From: Chiloscyllium plagiosum | Taxonomy: Eukaryota | Length of the DNA: 50,119 bases | Reading direction: 5' to 3' | Assembly: GCF_004010195.1 (NCBI RefSeq) | Contig: NC_057751.1 | Location: 13,726,267-13,776,385 of the forward strand | Shown here: positions 1 to 11,130 of the stretch, one piece after another | Numbering within the stretch: position 1 is the first letter of the stretch | Layout of the letters: every line of letters starts with the position of its first letter | The notes under the pieces: generated by a model | Database searches by the model: none | The model's input: only the letters and a program-made list of their open reading frames with translations | Told to the model about the DNA's origin: nothing | Position numbers and translations under genes: made by a program

Positions 1-434
1 AAACTGAACTTCTCACTGATGATGAGAGCAAAATGAATGATTTGGACTGGGATTCATGTACAAGCCAAATATCATATTACAAAGTAAAGAAAAAATATTA
101 GATTCCAAAAGATGTGTGGACTTTTTCCATGATGATACAATTAGTCTGTTACTGACAATAAGGCTGTTTTGCCAAAACTCCAGCAAAAAAACGAGTTAAT
201 CTCACGCAATCAGGTCTGGCCTTTTCACAGATTCTTAAAATAAAACTAATGGCATGAAAAGAAAATAATTCACAGTGATTTGGTCGTGGAAAAGCCATTC
301 AGTTGTATACAAGAGTACTTCTGGATGTGAAGATAAAAAAGGAACACGATTTCATGGTTTGGTCATGTCCATTTGCATCTGGGGGTCTGTTTTGATGTAT
401 CCTGTAGGGAAGCATTGACTGCAGCTTTCTGGAT

Positions 435-634
435 GTTTAGATCAGAGTGGTGCTGGAAAAGCACAGCAGGTCAGGCAGCATCCAAGGAGCAGGAAAATCG
501 ACGTTTCGGGCAATAGCTTTTGCCAGAAACGTTGATTTTCCTGCTCCTCGGATGCTGCCAGACCTGCTGTGCTTTTCCAGCATCGCTCTGATCTAAACTC
601 TGGTTTCCAGCATCCGCAGTCCTCACTTTTGCCT
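435..634 (+). mobile_element. Fold-back (inverted) Penelope-like element terminus, family A
   Basis: Arms ~435-513 and ~520-598 are reverse complements. They are followed by the family 3' end CCAGCATCCGCAGTCCTCACTTTTGCC. Flanks TGCAGCTTTCTGGAT (420-434) and TGCAGCTTCTGGAT (635-648) form a near-perfect TSD. The same sequence follows the GIY-YIG ORF at 41468-42037. Confidence 0.85.
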
Positions 635-702
635 TGCAGCTTCTGGATTTCCATGCTTCTGCTGATTCAAAAGTTCCTGTCAGTTTCAGAAAGGTAATGA
701 CA

Positions 703-931
703 GCACACACGCACACAGACACACACATGCACATGCACACACACACACACATACACACACACATGGGTGTGCACACACACATACACAGACACACACACGT
801 GAGCACACACACATAGACATACACACACAGGCGCACACATAGACACAGATACACACACGCACAGACACACATACATGCATGCACACATAAACACACACAT
901 ATACATGCGCGCACACACACACACACACACA
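703..931. repeat. Imperfect (CA)n microsatellite
   Basis: Interrupted CA/TA/GA dinucleotide run; it explains the CVCV and HTHT ORFs. Confidence 0.97.
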
Positions 932-952
932 GAGTTTCAGCATCATACTATA

Positions 953-1381
953 CAGGTACAAGATCCTTTATCCGACCATCCAAAAACATCCAAAAAGCTC
1001 CAAAATCGGAAGGATTTTTTTTGTGAAGTTTTTTTCTCATTAACAAAGTTGTTTGGCGAGCAAACAGTTAACCCAAGTCGACACCCACTCCATGTATGTC
1101 AGTCAGATGTGACATGGCGGGGGGTGTGGCCAAGCACCAACAGGCCTGGGCTTTCTCTGTGAACACCCCAAATCAACATCCATTCGGTGTGTATCATTCA
1201 GATGCAACATGTTGGGGGGGGGGGGGTGGTTGGCCAAGCACATTCTTAGTTAGAAGTCAGCTTCTCTGGTAAGATTTTTTGAAAATTTCACCATGAAACT
1301 ATCACATTCTGAAAACCAAAAAATTCAGAATTCCGAAAAACAGTTGGTCCCGAGCATTTTGGATAAAGGATTTTGTACCTG
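953..1381. mobile_element. Non-autonomous Tigger/pogo-like DNA transposon (Tigger4/MER46-like ends)
   Basis: 21-bp TIRs CAGGTACAAGATCCTTTATCC / GGATAAAGGATTTTGTACCTG (1 mismatch) with TA on both sides. The subterminal GGTCCCGAGCATTTTGGATAA and TCC(G/A)AAA repeats resemble Tigger4 ends (from memory). Confidence 0.9.
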
Positions 1382-2809
1382 TACTACAATCTAGATTGAA
1401 GTATTTCAATGTCCTTTCGTACCTGTATCAATAAGGTGAGTATGTTGCTCACAGATTATAAAAGACACAAGCAGGACTGGAATTGAGATGTTTGTCTGAT
1501 AACCATCAATAAGCGCATTTGATGGCGAAGATAATAGTTAACTTTCTGGAGCTCGTTGAAGCTGCTCTTCCCTGCATTGCAATGAAGTTAGAAGAGATCC
1601 ACACAGCAACACTAATTTGTACTTACAAGCTGATGATCAAAGACAGGAGAGTAGGCTGAAGCAGAAAAATTGGCATATGACAGATTATTAATTCATATGA
1701 CATGGAAAGTAGAGAGGCAAAGTGAAAACTGAACTAAGGGCAAAAAATTAATGTGTAATAACTAAAAAAATCCTGAAGACTTCTTTATGCTTATAAATAC
1801 ATAATTGGGAGGATCAAGGATGCAAATTGCAGAGGTACTGGCCATTATCTCCCAATGCTTTTTAATGGGCACTGGGTAATCCCAAAAGACTACAGAATTG
1901 TAAACATAAAAGCTGTAAGAATAAATCATTCAACCACAAACCAGTCAGTTTAACCTTGGTTGTGGCAAAGATTTTACAAACATTGACAGTCCCTGAAAAG
2001 CTGTGGACTCTTTCAGGAAAGACATTGTTGCTTTATTTGTGATAAATCTGTTTAACAACTGATTGAGTTTTGATAAGATAACAGATGAGGGGACTGCATT
2101 AGTTGTTAAAATTTCATGTTTATAAAGGAGTACTGCCATCGTCTTGTGTCTGCCTGAAATCCAGAAGCATGACGTTGATTTGCAAACTTGACATCATCAC
2201 GCCAATCTGCCGGGGATTGGCCATAAATTCTACAATTCACATTCCAATTTTACAAATGTGATTTACAAGATTGTTTTCAAAACCAGTTGACTGGAAAATA
2301 ACATTTCCCAAGCCATAACGTAATGGATGCATGGGAAAAAAAGGTTGGCGGATGGTCCATTTTCTCATGCACTGTTTGAAAGGTGGAGATAAACACTGCA
2401 AGAGGGACTATGGATTACTTTAACATAAAAGTCTGCTGTAGAAACTATGAGACTTAGCTCATATTGAAAATTTTGGTTTTCACAACCTATATCTACATCA
2501 GGGCATCTCTCCAGGGAAGGGGGCAAAGAGGAAGTGCTGTCAGAAATATTGAGTCCTCTACTATTTGTATTGTGAACCAATGATAAAGGAATTTGTAAGG
2601 AAGAGACGTGGAAGAGGAGAAGGAGGAGGCCACGATGTTGGGAAGCCACTTGAATAATGATGGGCTAGATGATGTTCTACCCCGCCAAATGAGAGCACAG
2701 AGCTAGACTGTTATCTGCAGATGCCCAGAATGATAAGTCTCCAATTCTGTATCTATTAAGGAAGGCAGTCACATCACTTGGACACGTGTACTAGTTTCCA
2801 ATTGTGCAG

Positions 2810-3150
2810 GTGGCCAACTGACACTGATGGCCTTAAAAGTTGAGTTTCCTCAACTCCAAATCATTTAATATGTAAATGGAGGCTTTGTGCGATCATCCAG
2901 TCTGCAGCACATGACTGCAATAAGCTATTCATGGATGCCATGTTTAGGTGTGCCTGTCATTGTACCTGTTTTACATGTGACAATGCAAGTCAAGCAGAAA
3001 GAATCAGATGCTTTGCAGCATTGACCAGATTCCCATGGAGAGAAGGATTAAGTCATTGCCCCATCCACCTATAAAAGCACCATCTGGACAGCTGAAGCAT
3101 TCATGAACAGAAAAGGATACTTGTCATTAAATGTTCAGATTGTGTGAGAA
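2810..3150 (+). pseudogene. Degenerate PIF/Harbinger (HARBI1-like) DDE transposase fragment
   Basis: 3071-3147 reads IKAPSGQLK, frameshift, FMNRKGYLSLNVQIV*, matching the Harbinger motif IKAP...xNRKGxHSxNVQ. Upstream QSAAHDCNKLFMDAMF resembles the SQxxxxRCxxxVTDAL block. Confidence 0.75.
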
Positions 3151-4694
3151 TAATGCAGATGAATGTTTACTGGTTCAGTCTGGGAGGTCACATTTTCATA
3201 CCAACAGGCATGAGGACACTTACAACTTAGAGACAGCTTTGCAGGAATCATTATCAAACCCTGGTCTCGGGCCCAGCCCAGTTCCTGCTTCCACTTTCAC
3301 ATCTGTGGCAAATCAAAGAGATTTAAAGGACTGATTTGGAAGAGTTCCCTTAACACGTGTAATCTGTCTCGGGAACGGGTCAGTTGCAATCCAAAGCATT
3401 TTCATTCCTGGCAAAGATCTTGAGTGTTTCAGAATAGCAAATGAGCAATCCACGTTTAACTGAAGCTCTTAATTAGTGGTATAATTCACTTGATTTTAAT
3501 TTCTTCCACACGTTCTTCAACATCTAAAAAGTGACTTCTGGTGCAATTTCCACAGTTTCTTGCCAGGTGTGCCTTTAAATAGATTACTAGGACGAACCTG
3601 CAGTTCATAGCCTCTGTTTCCAGATCTGCCATCTTCCAATTGACAAGTTCCTGCAAATAGCAAATTGGCTTCCCACAGGGTGTGTTACCTGATGTCTTTC
3701 ATCGAGGTGGACAGGAATTAGTGGTCCACATAATTCCAGGTTGGTTTCCCAACCACCAGTGAGATTCATGAAATGCAGGCCAAAGTGCATTTGGGCTTTA
3801 TATATATCTTATATAAAGGTGTTTTATATATTATCAGTTGACTGGCTTCTCAGCAGCACTGTTACTAGGAGGCATGAAGCTATATAAGTGCACTCAGGCA
3901 CATAACTGGCCGTGGTCAGGCCTCCCAAACAATTTTGTCCCACTCAGTTGGAAATCATGTGTCTGTGAGCTGCCAGCCAATCAGATCTCCATTGGCAGCA
4001 ACTGGTTTCTTTCTTTAGGTTCTATTTATGCCAGTGAATTTTGTCATGGTGGAGTGTGAGTACATGATTATAAACTGAGCGGTGACACTTATTAAATGAT
4101 TATCCACAACAGGAAATAAAAGTCAACATTAAAATTGCGCTTCAATGCAATTTGCATTACTGTCTTCCATTGTACAGGTGGTGCATATTTGGAACTGCTA
4201 GTTTATGAGAAATTCATTGCATATCTCATGCAAACTGCATTACCAGCAGACAATGCAGACATGAGCAACTTATATCAGCTGCCACACAAGTAGCTTGTTT
4301 TCTGTACACAGTTGGTCCCATATATACATATAATTATATAGAGATATATTTTTGCAGTTATTAAATATAAACAATAAAGAGTAATGGATGCAGATCTATT
4401 TACTTTTGCTTGTTTGTCATTTTAAATGTCATTGTCAAATGCAGAGTGATGTGCAGGATGAGATTCTCTTCCATAATATCAATGAAATATGCTGTCATCT
4501 TTTGAAAATATATTGTGACTACACACTGATAACTTTATTACCAAAATCTTTGATACGTTGCTGCATTATACCCTGAACTCATAAATTATTTAATATGTAA
4601 TGCTCCTGTGTGTCTGATCTAAATTACACTATCTCTCCCTTTCTCTTTCACTCTCCCGGAGTTCTTTGAGATTTAGCAAGATCATGTGAGGGAA

Positions 4695-4826
4695 AAGTAA
4701 AATCGCTGTAGTCCAAAGGAGTGGCTGGGTCGTTCATTAGAGAGAAACCATTGATGGTGAGTTTAACCTGAGTGTCACCATTTCTCAGATGAGGGGTAAG
4801 GTCGAGACGGCAGACTTTATGGTAAT
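4695..4826. repeat. Unclassified interspersed repeat fragment (same family as 7735-7845)
   Basis: Shares TCATTA.AGA.AA...GGT..GTTTAACCTGAG.GT.A.CAT..CTCA...GAGGGG with 7735-7845. Confidence 0.6.
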
Positions 4827-5959
4827 GCTTTGGACTCCTGAATCTCCTTGTAACAGTAAGGAAAGGTCCATATATACCTTCTATCTGGTGAAGAGAAGTT
4901 TTTATTTTAATATTTGGTATTTTGATTTGTGGAACTCTTGATTCCTGAAAATTAACATGTGATCATTTTGAGCTTTGAGCTGTACCAACCTTGGCTCAGA
5001 ACTTCCATGATGCAGAATGCCAAGAAGAAGCTTTAAGAATCACTCTCAGCAGGAAATTTAATTGAGAGAGGTGAAAGAAAAAAGATACAGAGAAACCAAC
5101 TGCTGAAGTAGTGTTTAACAGTGTGAACATGCCAAAACCAAGATCCAGTCAGGGACAAGGAACCTTCTCTCACACCAAATATCTGCAATTTATACAAGAA
5201 AATACGACTTATTTAATTACAAAAACTTTTGCAGTTCTTGGATCTGACTTCAAGTGTTAAGCACTTTGCCACAGTAAGGAATTCAAGTAGCAAAGTCTAA
5301 TGATATACAGTTCCACAGAGACACACAAGGACTTGCTTTTCAGTATGCTTTTGTCTTATCACTGCTTTTTATATCTTAGTATCTGTAATTTTAATTGATT
5401 ACTTTATCTCTTTTTTCATAAGGAACCTTCAGTAATAGCTAGTAATAATTTCAACCTGTTTAAACGAGATGCTCTTCCTAAACTTACATTATTACAAATT
5501 TTTAAAAAAGGGATCAAACAAGCTACGATAATTCAATTCGCTGACCAGGCTATGGACACACCCTGATTAATACTCAGAATGAAACTTGACTAAAAAACAC
5601 AGCAGCTTGTTCCAGACTTGCGCTGAAAAGGCATAATTCCCAGGTAGTGGTCTGCAGCCTCTTCTCCAAGGCAGCTGCCTCTCCGCTAATGTAGAGAAGG
5701 GCTGAAACTATGGACCTGTGGAAGGGATCTGACAAGGAAGGAGTTTCTCGCCATCAGCCAAGTTAGCGCTTGTTCGAAAGTTCGGCTTTTGAGGCATTCT
5801 GCAAGATGACTTTGGCAGTCTGCACAAGGCACGATTGAACATTATCAACCATCTTCTTTTCCTGTAGGACTGCAAGCTGATAGACTTGTGATCAAAAAGT
5901 GCTTTTCTGCCCAAACATTTTCGTGAGGGACATATGCCGTGGTACAGTCTAACTGCAAT

Positions 5960-6270
5960 GAGCAGGGTGGCTCAGTGGTTAGCACTGCTGCCTCACAGCG
6001 CCAGGAACCCGGGTTCGATTCCAACCTTGGGCGACTGTCTGTGTGGAGTTTGCACGTTCTCCCCGTGTCTGTGTAGGTTTCCTCCATTTCCTCCCACAAT
6101 CCAAAGGTATGCAGGTCAGGTGAATTGACGATACTAAATTGCCCATCGTGTTAGGTGCATTAGTCAGGGGTAAATATAGGGTAGGGGAATGGGCCTGGGT
6201 GGGTTACTCTTCGGAGGGACTTGTTGGACCAAAGGGCTTGTTTCCATACTGTCAGGAATCTCTTCTAATC
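5960..6270 (+). mobile_element. HE1-type tRNA-derived V-SINE, near full length
   Basis: A box GGTGGCTCAGTGGTTAGCA, B box GGTTCGATTCC, V-domain CTGTGTGGAGTTTGCACGTTCTCCCCGTG, and CR1-like 3' tail GGACCAAAGGGCTTGTTTCC. Confidence 0.9.
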
Positions 6271-6594
6271 AAACCCTATTGAAATAGCTGAGAAAAGCCT
6301 TTCCCAGTCCAAGCTGTTGAAGCAGCTGTCCACACCCCTGTACAAATATAGGTGGTTGTATCTCTGACTGGCACAGGCTAAGGCTATCAGAGACCTTCCT
6401 GTCAAAGCAAAGAGCAGGTCTGATGTGTTTCACAAGAAATGTTGAGCTGAGACTGAGTATACCACCAGGGGGTGCTGATGCACCAAGTGTAGCTCCTGTT
6501 ACAGCACAGCTTAAAATTCAGTGGAATGCTCAGGTTAAAATGAATAGCATTGCTGTGCTGATAAGCTTGAGACAGGCAAAGATTCTGGAACAGT

Positions 6595-7580
6595 CTTAGA
6601 GTCATAGAGAGGTACAGCACGGAAACAAACTCTTCAGTGCAACTCGTCCATGCCAACCAGACATCCTAAGTTTGCCAACACTCGGCTAATATCCCCCCGA
6701 ACCCTTCCTATTCATATACTCATCCAGGTACCTTTTAAATGCTGTAATTGTACCAGCCTCCAGCTTATTCCATACACGCACCACCCTCTGCGTGAAAAAA
6801 TTGCCCCTTAGATCCCTTCTATATATTTCCGCTCTCACCCTAAATCTATACCCAGTAGTTCTGAATTTCCCCACCCCAGGGAAAAGACTTTGTCAATTTA
6901 TCCTATCCATGCCCCTCATGATTTTATAAACCTCTACAAGGTCACCCCTCAGCCTCCGACGGTCCAGAGAAAACAGCCCCAGCCTGTTCAGCCTCACCCT
7001 ACAGCTCAAATCTTCCAACCCTGGCAACATCCTTGTAAATCTTTTCTGAAGCCTTTCATATTTCACAACATCCTTTCTCTAACAGGGAGACCAGAATTGC
7101 ATGTAGTCTTCTAATTGTAGCCTGACCAATGTCCTGTACAGCCGCAACATGACCTCCCAACTCCTATACTCAATGCCTTCTTCACTATCCTATCTACCTG
7201 TGACTCCACTTTCAAGGAACTATGAACCTGCACTCCAAGGTCTCTTTGTTCAGCAACACTCCCCAGGACATTACCATAAAGTATATAAGTCCTGATCTGA
7301 TTTGCTTTTCCAAAATGCAGTGCTTCACACTTATCTAGACTAAACTCCATCTGCCACTCCTCAGCAATTGGCCCATCTGATCAAGATTCTGTTGTAATCT
7401 GAGGTAATCTTCTTCGCTGTCCACTACACCTTCAATTTTGGTGTCATCTTCCAGCTTACTAATCATACCTCCAATATTCACATTATATAAATGATAAAAA
7501 GAAATGGACCCAGCATCAATCATTGTGACACATTGCTGGTCACAGACCTTCAGTCTGAAAAACAATCCTCCACCACCATA
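6595..7580 (-). mobile_element. CR1/HER1-type LINE 3' fragment (RT C-terminus plus tail), degenerate
   Basis: Minus-strand pieces KLEDDTKIEGVVDSEEDY, MEFSLDKCEALHFGK, EQRDLGVQVH and RGNFFTQRVVRVWN; 3' tail at ~6595-6660. Confidence 0.93.
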
Positions 7581-7611
7581 CTCAGTCCTACCAGACTGTA
7601 GATATTGGACA

Positions 7612-7706
7612 GGAGTGGACAAAGTCAGAATTCATACAACACCAGATTATAGTCCAACTGATTTATTTGAAATCACAAGTTCTCAGAACACTGCTCCTTC
7701 ATCAGG
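7612..7706 (-). mobile_element. PLE terminus, family B, degenerate
   Basis: Minus strand CCTGATGAAGGAGCAGTGTTCTGAGAACTTG...AATAAA...GGACTATAATCTGGTGTTG; same family as 13958-14143 and 27518-27940. Confidence 0.7.
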
Positions 7707-7734
7707 CGACGTCCCTTCACCTACAAGACCATAC

Positions 7735-7845
7735 AATTGCTCTCTCATTAAAGAAAAACAACTGGTAGTGGTTTAACCTGAGGGTGATCATGCCTCAAGC
7801 GAGGGGAAATGTTAAGATGGACAGTCCTTCATGATAACCCCAGTC
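7735..7845. repeat. Unclassified interspersed repeat fragment (same family as 4695-4826)
   Basis: Direct similarity to 4695-4826. Confidence 0.6.
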
Positions 7846-7849
7846 CCTT

Positions 7850-8710
7850 GTTTGACAATGCCTTGCATCTGTATACTGATGATCGAGAGTAGACTAAGGG
7901 TTGGAGGGGATCAACTGGCTGCATTCGATTTCTCCTGCTTTGTGTGGACAGGACATACCTAGTAAATTTTCCACATCGTCAGGTAGATGTGCAGTATCGA
8001 TTATGGGTGAATACAACTCTGCTGATGGTGGATGTCTGGTATTGAGTTGCTGGATCAGTTTGAAATCTATCCCATGAGCATCGTGATAGTGCAACATTAC
8101 GTATCATCCTTGATATGAAGATGGAACTGTGACTCCACAAGGACTGTGCAATGGTCACTCCTGCCAACCACCATTGTGGGCAGATGTATCTGTAGATTGG
8201 TCAGGATGAGATCAAGTCAATTTTTGGCTCGGCAAAAGTGAGGACCGCAGGTACTGGAAACCAGAGTCTCGATTAGAGTGGTGCTGGAAAAGCACAGCAG
8301 GTCAGGCAGCATCCGAAGAGCAGGAAAATCGACATTACGGGCAAAAGCCCTTCATCAGGAGCTCCATTCCAGATGAAGGACTTTTGCCCGTAATGTCAAT
8401 TTTCCTGCTCCTTGGTTGCTGCCTGACCTGCTGTGCTTTTCCAGCACCACTCTAATCTAGACTCTGGTTTCCAGTATCTGCAGTCCTCACTTTTGCCTCA
8501 CTTTTTTCCAGCACCACTCTAATCCAGATTCAAGTAGATTTTTCCCTGTTGTTGGTTCCCTCACCACATGCTGCAGACCCAGGCTTGCACTATAGAATTG
8601 ATCAGCTTGGTCAGTAGTGATGTTATTGAGCCACTGTCTATGTTGGACAATGCAGTCCCTCACCCAAACAACATTCTGTGTCTGTGCCACACTCAGTGCT
8701 TCCTCCATAA
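7850..8710 (-). mobile_element. Second non-LTR LINE family, endonuclease-region fragment, interrupted by a PLE fold-back
   Basis: Minus ORF HRQWLNNITTDQAD...LGLQHVVREPTTGKNLL resembles the APE-endonuclease C-terminal block (xxQxVxEPTRGxNxLDL). The sequence continues on the other side of 8231-8530. Confidence 0.7.
8231..8530. mobile_element. Fold-back PLE terminus, family A, two ~130-bp arms plus an extra partial copy
   Basis: 8231-8360 is the reverse complement of ~8368-8497; TTCCAGCACCACTCTAATC is repeated again at ~8506-8524. Confidence 0.9.
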
Positions 8711-8994
8711 TTTTGTCTTCTGATAATGATCAGTTGTTGCAGAATCCAAGTCAAAAACAGAACTTCCTGCAACAACCCTAAAATCAGAGTCTCTAATAAT
8801 GAAAATGGCCAATAAACACCAGTTTGAGACCGGCTTGCAACGTCACCTCCTTCATTTATACCCTACAAAAGTCAAATCAGCAGGGACAAAACCAGACAGT
8901 AACTGCAACTCAGTCACCGACTGCAAAGCTAGCAAAGCAATTATCACCAATCCTTCTTTCAAATACTAAAGAAGTAAAAATCAAACCAGGAAAA

Positions 8995-9400
8995 TCAGCA
9001 ACAAAAACAGAAACTGCTGGAAAAGCTCAACAGATGTGGAGAGAAAGCAGAGCCAATGCTTTCAGTCCAGCACTGTTGACCTGGGTTTGATTCCCACCTC
9101 AGGCAAGGGTCTGTGTGGAGTTTGCACATTCTCCCCGTGTCTGCATGGGTTTCCTCCGGGTGCTCCGATTTCCTCCCACAGTCCCAAGATGTGCTGGTCG
9201 GGTGAATTGGCCACGCTAAATTGCCCGCAGTGTTAGGTGCATTAGTCAGGTTTAAATATAGGGTACGGGAATGGGCCTGGGTGAGTTGCTCTTCGGAGGG
9301 TCAGTGTGGACTTGTGGCCCGTCTCCATACTGTAGGGAATATAACCTAATCTAAACAGATGCTACCAACCTCCCGAGCTCCTCCAGCAATCTCTGCCTTT
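8995..9400. mobile_element. Degenerate fold-back terminus (probable third PLE family) split by an HE1 SINE
   Basis: ACAGAAACTGCTGGAAAAGCTC (9007-9028) is roughly complementary to GAGCTCCTCCAGCAATCTCTG (9374-9394). Related pieces lie at 24490-24570 and 35085-35172. Confidence 0.55.
9078..9353 (+). mobile_element. HE1-type V-SINE, 5'-truncated
   Basis: B box GGGTTTGATTCC, V-domain and 3' tail all match 5960-6270. Confidence 0.9.
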
Positions 9401-9824
9401 CCTTTGTTTCAAATGGTACTTTCCACCAATTTTGGCTTTTATTTCACTCATTTTAGAACTGGCAACTTTTGAGTTAGCATACCAGAAAGAGTCAGGATAC
9501 TGCTCTCCATGAATAACTGATCAGACAAGTGAAGAGCACCATACCTGCCACAACCTATTCCATGCAGGTAAGAGGGATGTCACCAAAAAGCTGAAAAAAG
9601 GGAGAAATAGGGAAGTATTTATACTAGGCTGAGAGAAGGTGAGTCATGGCTCCAGACACAAAGGTAGCAATAAAGAGGTGATAATGACAGTGCATAGAGA
9701 GATTATAGGGAGATTAGGAGCTGTCGAGGAGAAAGTGAGGTCTGCAGATGCTGGAGATCAAAGTTGAAACTTTATTGCTGGAACAGCACAGCAGGTCAGG
9801 CAGCATCCAGGGAACAGGAGTTTC

Positions 9825-9852
9825 GACGTTTCGGGCACAGGCCCTTCTTCAG
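9825..9852 (-). ncRNA. Minimal type I hammerhead ribozyme core
   Basis: CUGAAGA-A-GGGC(CUGU)GCCC-GAAA-CG-UC; flanking UUC/GAA can form a short stem I. Confidence 0.75.
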
Positions 9853-9862
9853 GAAGAAGGGC

Positions 9863-9890
9863 CTGAAGAAGGGCCTGTGCCCGAAACGTC
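9863..9890 (+). ncRNA. Minimal type I hammerhead ribozyme core (mirror copy)
   Basis: CUGAAGA-A-GGGC(CUGU)GCCC-GAAA-CG-UC; the stem I 5' strand is mostly lost at the fold. Confidence 0.7.
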
Positions 9891-10132
9891 GAATCTCCTG
9901 TTCCCTGGATGCTGCCTGACCTGCTGTGCTGTTCCAGCAATAAAGTTTCAACAGATTAGGAGCTGTGAATGACCAAGGCTGAAACCAGTGCTATGTGACA
10001 AAATATGTTGGGGATGGGGGGGATGGGTGAAGCAGAGGCAAAATGGAAAACAGGGGAGAAGGGTAGCAAAGGGGGAAGAGCAGGAGTTTATCAGAGCTGA
10101 AAAATGTGTTGCTGGAAATTATAACAGTCCAT

Positions 10133-10305
10133 CTTCCACAGCTACACTGGCACCACCCCCCAACTTTCCCTCCACTACATCGATGACTGTATCGGCGCTA
10201 CCTCGTGCTCTCACGAGGAGGTTGAACAGTTCATCCACTTCACTAACACCTTCAACCCCGACCTCAAATTTACCTGGACTGTCTCAGACTCCTCCCTCCC
10301 CTTCA
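10133..10305 (+). pseudogene. PLE reverse transcriptase fragment
   Basis: Reads FHSYTGTTPQLSLHYIDDCIGATSCSHEEVEQFIHFTNTFNPDLKFTWTVSDSSLPF: the YIDD catalytic motif followed by the (H)PxLKFT...LPFL block typical of Penelope/Poseidon RTs. Confidence 0.88.
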
Positions 10306-10424
10306 TTTCTCCTTAACCGACTTTTAGTCACCTGTCCGAATACTTCATTGTTGCTGCTTGATGTCAAATTTTGTCCAATTACTCCTGTGAGGTCCCTTGA
10401 TACAGCTGACTGTGTAAAAGGAGG

Positions 10425-10541
10425 GATATGGGCTGGCTGCTAGCAGGTGGGACTAGATTGGGTTAGGATATCTGATTGGCATGGACAAGTTGGACTGAAG
10501 GGTCTGTTTCCGTGTTGTACATCTCTATGACTGTATGACTC
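10425..10541 (+). mobile_element. CR1/HER1 3' tail
   Basis: GGCATGGACAAGTTGGACTGAAGGGTCTGTTTCC...CTCTATGACTGTATGACTC terminal repeat. Confidence 0.85.
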
Positions 10542-10961
10542 GAAGTTGTTCTCAAAGTGAACAAGCAGCATATGATCTGGTTCCCCTCAAAAATCTAACT
10601 ATTTAACTGAGAGATCAAATCTGCAGGAATTCACTCAAGCATTCTGAGAATCTGCTCACTGAAATGACCAAACACTGAGCTTCAACCCCAGGTTGTCCCA
10701 TCATGTACCAATGACATGTTGGCACACAATCGACACAACACAGTACAGCACAGGAACAAACACTTCAGCCCATCCAAGTCAAGAAATCTCAAATCAAGAC
10801 ATCTATTAGGGAATCAGAAATAAACTCAGTTGGGTTTCTCTTCTGTTAATGTCCCCAAATTTCATGAGGTTTTATGTCAGATATCATTGTATTTTGTAAG
10901 GTTGATTAAGTGACAACTGCTGACTTCTAAACTCAGCAGACAATTCTGTTATTCTTTGAAC

Positions 10962-11130
10962 AGTCCCAAGGAATTATTTACATTCACTTGAAAGAACACA
11001 CCTGGGTTCATTCAATGACCCATTTGAAGGATGATACCTTGGATATTGCAACACTTCTACTTCAGTGCAGTGAAACTGCATTGGGTTTACATTCAAGTCT
11101 CTTCAGTAGGGCTTGAACTAACAGCGCTCA
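10962..11130 (-). mobile_element. Old Deu-SINE (SacSINE1-like) 5' fragment
   Basis: Degenerate match to the Deu-SINE head region (…GCAACACTTC…CAGTGCAGTG…TCAAGTCTC…GGGCTTGAAC), judged from memory of the consensus. Confidence 0.5.

Larger units (their letters stand above)
9725..9952 (-). mobile_element. Young fold-back PLE terminus (family A variant) with 14-bp TSD
   Basis: 91-bp arms 9763-9853 and 9862-9952 with one mismatch seen. TSD AGATTAGGAGCTGT at 9711-9724 and 9953-9966. Confidence 0.93.

Noticed and set aside
1..420. Coding-looking frames at the window start
   Set aside because: Frequent stops, no recognisable motif and no consistent exon structure.
471..961. Cys/Val-rich and His/Thr-rich ORFs
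   Set aside because: Translations of the (CA)n microsatellite.
5960..6035. tRNA gene
   Set aside because: It is the tRNA-derived head of a SINE and continues directly into the V-domain.
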